This document shows, piece after piece, positions 58,201 to 64,000 of a DNA stretch of 64,000 bases. Each line of letters opens with the position of its first letter. Position 1 is the stretch's first letter. The notes beneath the pieces were generated by a model. The model worked only from the letters and a program-made list of their open reading frames with translations. It was not told the DNA's origin and made no database searches. Source of the stretch: Macrostomum hystrix (lineage: Eukaryota; Animalia; Platyhelminthes); the NCBI GenBank assembly GCA_950097015.1, contig CATNEN010000026.1, positions 744,001-808,000 on the forward strand, read 5' to 3'. The position numbers and the translations under genes were made by a program.

Positions 58201-61200
58201 GGTTGAGAAAGAGGGAGTCAGGGTGAGAAAGAGAGAGTCAGGTTGAGAAAGAGAGAGTCAGGGTGAGAAAGAGAGAGTCAGGTTGAGAAAAAAAGAGTCA
58301 GGGTGAGAAAGAGAGTCAGGTTGAGAAAGAGGGAGTCAGGGTGAGATGAAGGGAGTCAGGTTGAGAAAGAGAGAGTCAGGTTGAGAAAGAGAGAGTCAGG
58401 TTGAGAAAGAGAGAGTCAGGTTGAGAAAGAGAGAGTCAGGGTGAGAAAGAGAGAGTCAGGTTGAGAAAAAAAGAGTCAGGGTGAGAAAGAGAGTCAGGTT
58501 GAGAAAGAGGGAGTCAGGGTGAGATGAAGGGAGTCAGGTTGAGAAAGAGAGAGTCAGGGTGAGAAAGAGAGAGTCAGGTTGAGAAAGAGAGAGTCAGGGT
58601 GAGAAAGAGAGAGTCAGGTTGAGAAAGAGGGAGTCAGGTTGAGAAAGAGAGAGTCAGGTTGAGAAAGAGAGAGTCCGGTTGAGAAAGAGAGAGTCAGGTT
58701 GAGAAAGAGAGAGTCAGGTTGAGAAAGAGAGAGTCAGGTTGAGAAAGAGAGAGTCAGGGTGAGAAAGAGAGAGTCAGGTTGAGAAAGAGGGAGTCAGGGT
58801 GAGATGAAGGGAGTCAGGGTGAGAAAGAGAGAGTCAGGTTGAGAAAGAGGGAGTCAGGGTGAGAAAGAGGGAGTCAGGTTGAGAAAGAGGGAGTCAGGGT
58901 GAGAAAGAGGGAGTCAGGTTGAGAGAGAGGGAGTCAGGGTAAGATGAAGGGAGTCAGGGTGAGATGAAGGGAGTCAGGGTGAGATGAAGGGAGTCAGGGT
59001 GAGATGAAGGGAGTCAGGGTGAGAAAGAGGGAGTCAGGGTGAGAAAGAGAGAGTCAGGTTGAGAAAGAGGGAGTCAGGGTGAGAAAGAGGGAGTCAGGTT
59101 GAGAAAGAGGGAGTCAGGGTGAGAAAGAGGGAGTCAGGTTGAGAGAGAGGGAGTCAGGGTGAGATGAAGGGAGTCAGGGTGAGATGAAGGGAGTCAGGGT
59201 GAGATGAAGGGAGTCAGGGTGAGATGAAGGGAGTCAGGGTGAGATGAAGGGAGTCAGGGTGAGATGAAGGGAGTCAGGGTGAGAAAGAGGGAGTCAGGGT
59301 GAGAAAGAGAGAGTCAGGTTGAGAGAGAGGGAGTCAGGTTGAGAAAGAGGGAGTCAGGTTGAGAAAGAGGGAGTCAGGTTGAGAGAGAGGGAGTCAGGTT
59401 GAGAGAGAGGGAGTCAGGTTGAGAGAGAGGGAGTCAGGTTGAGAGAGAGGGAGTCAGGGTGAGATGAAGAGAGTCAGGGTGAGAAAGAGGGAGTCAGGTT
59501 GAGAAAGAGGGAGTCAGGGAGAGTGGGAAAGCCAGAGTGGGGAGGGAGTAAGTTAGAAAATTTGCACATGAAAGAATTGTTGTTCACATCATTTGAGCAG
59601 TCTCACCTGGGAGGCAGCCTTAGCAACTGAGGCGCATCCCTGCCCAGCAACTAGACAGGTGACATCGCCGCCTTTGCCAGCCAGCTTGGCTGCCGCTGTG
59701 ACAGCATGTAGGGTGACAGAGTTGAGCTTGGCATTGTCATGCTCTGCTATTACTAGGCTACTGGCAAGGCGGCAGCTGTTAGACTGTGAAATGTAGGAGA
59801 GCAGGGCATATGGCCAGAATTATGCTACATTTCGAGTGCTTTAAACATTTGTCGTGCTGAAGCTGAGCTACTAAACTTATAAAAAACTATAATTTCATGA
59901 AACTGTGCTTCACTAATTTCTTGTTGCTGCATTTTATTTAGAGTTGCTATAATGAGCCAAATATAGTATCTTTGCAGTAAAACATGGAGAAATTCTATGA
60001 TTTTTACCATTTTTGTACACTTTGTCTCTACTTTTTATTTTCTTTGTCTTCATTAATTAGCCAAAAGTGCATGCAATCTTACAATATGCCAACTTGTATG
60101 CCACTACTCAAATACTATATACATGGTATAGCTAGAAAATAAAATAAAATTTATAAAATAACACTATAAGGCCTATGGTTTCAGTTGCTTACTAACCTTG
60201 TATCTTATCATCAGTCCTTTTTAAGCTTGAGCGGACAATTAAAAATTACTCTTTGATTCTTTTGCTTCTGAGGCATTTTATTATTTTAAAGGCATGTGGC
60301 TATAAATTACAATGGCCCTTTGTCATTAGCTTAAAAATAAACTATTTTACCAATGACTTTAGTTACATATGGTGCATCACCAAAATAGTAATGGCGATGG
60401 TGGTAACTGACCATTAGGTAATGAAAACAATGCATGGCAAAAAATAGTAATAGTGATAGTAACTTTTTTTCATTTATTTCTCCTTTTGTACATCTTAAAC
60501 ATTAATCAGCTATTTTATGTAAGCATGTTATAAATAGTTGTTGCTTTGTTCATAAGTCATTAGTCATATCATATGTTGTAATTTCAAACATTGTCCACTT
60601 TTTAGACTCCAGTATCATTATCTCTCACTGATCTTGACCATTTTGGGTTTGGGTTTAGTAGCCATAAGATCACATGAAGATTTTAGATTAGATTGATAAT
60701 GTTGATAATTTATGATAATATAATATTGTAATCAAAGTGAAGTAACAGGCTATATTCAGTCTATGGATTTACCAAATTGTCTTTATGTGACAAGTAACAA
60801 ATAAACTGAAAGATATAATTGCTAATTATATAAATTTAACCATATTTTACACTAGCAAGTAAAAAATACAATACAATTCTAAATGCTTTTTAACGCTACA
60901 TGTAAAAAAGTGTAAAAAATATTTACACTTGCAGACTTTTGCAGTGCTGCTAAAGTCTTACTTTTTTCAGAAAATGGAAACAAAAACTGGTAAGGGGAAA
61001 TGCACTCTGTTGGTAATTACTTGTTACCATCATTTTTGTTACCAGCACATAGTAACAGGAAAAGATATGTTGCAAAAAAGTAATGATTGTAATGATCAAA
61101 ACCAAATTATTGATTAACTAGTAATGAGTAATGACCCCAACACTTCATATAGGAATCGCTAAGTTATAAATTGAAAGTGATTTAAAAGTCATGATAGTAA

Positions 61201-61510
61201 AGGGCTATGGTTGGTTGTCAATGGCAATAACTTAGCTAGCTATATGATTGATTTGGAGGCTAGCTAGCTACAATCTGACATTTATTTTAAACATTTGGCT
61301 TTTATTAAGAATACAGTCTTTTAATCGAAGTATAAATTAATGAACTGTTGGCAGATAAAAGTATAAAAGTATATTAGATAGAAAACACTGTTACAGTTAA
61401 ATTTAAAATATATGGACAAAGGAAGTTTTATTTTGTTCCTAAAGAGCTTTTAAACATACCTGCGCAAGTCCCTTTTGAAAATGCAGCAGTCCAATACTTG
61501 CGCGCAACAT
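55222..61510 (-). CDS. ETFA: Electron transfer flavoprotein subunit alpha, mitochondrial; 4 exons, 340 aa
   Basis: Exons (minus) 61510-61460 ([17 protein letters not shown], presequence-like), 59783-59607 ([10 protein letters not shown]...), 56813-56409 (...[12 protein letters not shown]...), 55611-55222 ([18 protein letters not shown]...[30 protein letters not shown]...). All GT-AG, all phase 0. Confidence 0.97.
55770..56080. repeat. Degenerate gagatgagacagg-type purine repeat in the last ETFA intron
   Basis: Its reverse complement resembles the tctctcccgtgtctca unit inside the hAT MITE. Confidence 0.85.
57140..59515. repeat. 20-nt purine satellite (gtcagggtgagaaagagaga), about 118 copies
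   Basis: Columns align at 20-nt period. Confidence 0.99.
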
Positions 61511-62019
61511 GTTAGAAATAACACAAGCAATATCCTGTTTAAAAATGATAAGAAGATGTCCTACTTATTAATATCTTGTCAAACTGTTAAGTTTTATAAT
61601 GGTTATCTCAATGATACTGAAAACATACGTAACGGTTAAGAATTTTAACGGACCACTTTACTCATACCGAATGTGTGCGAAAACATTTGTGCCCGTTATA
61701 TCAAAATATAGATTTCGCAATAATTTAGTTATGAACTGCTACATTTAATTGCAACAATCGAAGGTCTGCTTTTTGACGCAGGCGTTTTATCTAGTGATGC
61801 TTTAAGATAATATAAAAAGTCGATATTCTTGTCTTCCAATCAGTCCAGACAACAGTATATTACAGAATGACAGTTTTACCACAGACTGCAATCTTAACAA
61901 TACGTAATATTCAGTTGTATAGACCATGGATTTTTTATACATCAGATTGGCCACTCGGGGGCACAACCACAGATAAAAAAAATTGCTGCTTACCAGGCTT
62001 ACCAGGATCCCAAGGGACA

Positions 62020-63792
62020 GGGATCCCTTGTCCGGCCAGGCAAAGAGACAGAAACGAATTACCTGAGACAATGTGGCATCGCGGCGTGACCAGTTGCGCA
62101 CATCTGATGAAGTCACCGGACCGGCGTCGAGGCAGTCCATCACTTAAACGACTTCCGGTGGCACTGGAACGTCCTTGGGCCCGCTTGATTCAGGAAGGCG
62201 GCTCAGGGCGTCCGCCCGGAGCATAAAGATCCCGCTGCGATGTACTAGAAGGTAGCGATAGGCTGTCAGGAGCAGCGCCCATCGTTGAACTCGGCCGCAC
62301 ACCAACGTTGGAAGCGACCGTTCCTGCCCAAGGAGGCCTGGCCGCCGATGGTCCGTCAGCAGGGTGAACTCTCGGCCAAACAGATACTGGTGGAATTTTC
62401 TGACGCTAAAGACCAGCGCGAGTGCCTCCTTCTCCATCTGGCAGTAGTTCTTCTCAGCGGCACTGAGACTGCGCGAAGCGTACGCGATCGGTTTGTCCAT
62501 GCCGTCCTGACGATGGAAGATGACAGCGCCCAGGCCGTACTGCGAGGCGTCGACTCCAGGTAGAGGTCCTCTGCCGCATTGTAGTGCACCAGGACACTTG
62601 GATGCGTGAGTAGCTGCTTTGCTGCGGCGAACGCTTCGGCCTCACCGCGGTCCCACCGCCACTTCGAGTTTTCTCCAGCAGCCGGTGTAGCGGTGCCAGC
62701 GATGATTTACCGCTATGACACTGGCCATGATTTTACCAAAGAAGCCCCTGAGCTAAGTCGTGTTCGTCGGTGCTGGTGCATCTAGCACGGCTTGGACTTT
62801 GTCGTCCAGTGGGTGCAGTCCCTCTGCGTCAATACGGTGACCCAGCACGTGACCTCGTCCTGGAAGAATCTGCACTTCTCGAGCTAGCAGGTCAGGCCGG
62901 ATTCCTTGAAGACCCTCAGGATCTCTCTGAGATTGTGCAGATGGCTCGCGTCGTCCTCTCTTGTGATGATGACATCATCGATGAAGGATGCTGTGTGCGG
63001 AATTCCACGCAGCAGGTTGTCCATAACTCGTTGGAAAAGGCTTGGAGCAATCGACACCCCAAAAGGCAGTCGGGTGTAGCGCAGGAGTCCGAGAGAAGTG
63101 TTGATTGTACAGACCTCCTGGGCTTCCTCTTCTAGCGGAAGCTGCATAAATGCGATTGGTCAGTTCCAGCTTAGAGAACTTTTGCCCGCCAGTCAGCCGG
63201 GCGAACAGTTCGTCGATGTTTGGCAGGGGGTACGCCTCCGGCCGAATCGCTGTGTTGACTTCCTGCTTGAAATCTGCACAGACGCGGACGCTGCCGTCCG
63301 ATTTCATCACCGGTACGATCGGTGACGCCCAGTCGGAGTTCTTGACAGGCATCAGCACTCCTTGGTCAATTTCCTTCTGCAGCTGCTGTTCGACTTTTTC
63401 ACGCAGCGCGAAGGGAACAGGCCGCGCCTTGAAGAACTTCGGTCTGGCGGTCTCCTTGAGACTGATAGACACTGTCTTGCCGTTGAACTTTCCCAGGCCT
63501 CGGAAGTCATCTGAGAACTCCTTGATGAGCTTCTCAGCTGGGTCACCGATACGCTTGACCGACTGCCAGTCCAGGCGCAGCTGAGCCAGCCAATCCCGAC
63601 CGAGAAGGCTCGGACCGTCGCCGGCGACAACGAGCAGCCGCAGTTGCGCTTCATCAGAGTCGGTGGACACTCGCACACGGACGGACAGCTGGCCGAGCAC
63701 GCGCACGGTCTGACCGGTGTAGGTGCTGAGCTGAATCGTTGACCGGGAACCAGTCCGTCCAGGTTCGCTTTGAATGTGCGCTCAGACAACAG
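62020..63792 (-). mobile_element. Decayed Ty3/Gypsy (Mag-like) LTR retrotransposon pol fragment: partial protease, RT, RNase H; no gag or integrase seen
   Basis: GPSLLGRDWL, PKFFKARPVPFAL, WASPIVPVMKSDGSVRVCADFK, YTRLPFGVSIAPSLFQRVMD, FIDD, PIAYASRSLSAAEKNY, FTLLTDH, RVQRWALLL, ADALSRLP. Several frameshifts and stops; the protease DTG active site is absent at the 63793 junction. Confidence 0.93.
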
Positions 63793-64000
63793 TGTAGTAA
63801 CACACTAAAAGTGGGGAACGAACCTCGCGCTGGCAGACCGAGACCGGTTTCTGGCTTGTTTGCCTTCGTCAGTCAGCCATAGCCACACGCCGTCCTCTCC
63901 CACCACTCTTAGTGTGCACAGAAGTCTCTTTTTAAGCTTGCCATTTTTATGGCGATATTTTTTAGTGTTATGTGAGAGTTTTGCAGCCAAGTCTTTGCTT

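Noticed and set aside
55222-61510. ETFA as a bacterial horizontal transfer (fixB/etfA-like)
   Set aside because: It has three spliceosomal introns and a mitochondrial presequence-like first exon; an ordinary eukaryotic gene.
62020-63792. Gypsy pol as an active or domesticated gene
   Set aside because: Multiple frameshifts and stops, missing protease active site and missing integrase.

Overview
Eukaryotic, intron-rich, satellite-dominated genomic DNA. The hexokinase resembles the single-domain flatworm type, and almost every intron is filled with tandem repeats, so a free-living flatworm such as Macrostomum is my inference; this is not proven. Three spliced genes can be assembled exon by exon with consistent reading phase. 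(1) A Ca2+/calmodulin-dependent cyclic nucleotide phosphodiesterase (PDE1) on +, core exons 20480-41319, probably extending 5' to 8842, with one GC-AG intron. (2) A single-domain hexokinase on -, 54590-43822, convergent with PDE1. (3) ETFA on -, 61510-55222, directly upstream of hexokinase on the same strand. About 45-50% of the window (rough hand tally) is about 30 different micro/minisatellites, mostly one family per intron. Mobile DNA: five copies of one tRNA-headed SINE, a second SINE with an amplified B box, a hAT MITE with perfect TIRs and an 8-bp TSD, and a decayed Ty3/Gypsy pol fragment. I found no rRNA, intact tRNA or CRISPR array. The long ORFs in the supplied track are nearly all satellite artefacts. 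Best leads: a possible ETFA-to-hexokinase polycistronic unit (about 370 nt gap ending in an orphan splice acceptor), a hidden basic N-terminal hexokinase exon, HDV-ribozyme-like motifs in the SINE and in a 70-nt insert at 57.06 kb, and a twin-priming-type inverted SINE copy. All of these are hypotheses from reading the sequence; no searches or folding were run.
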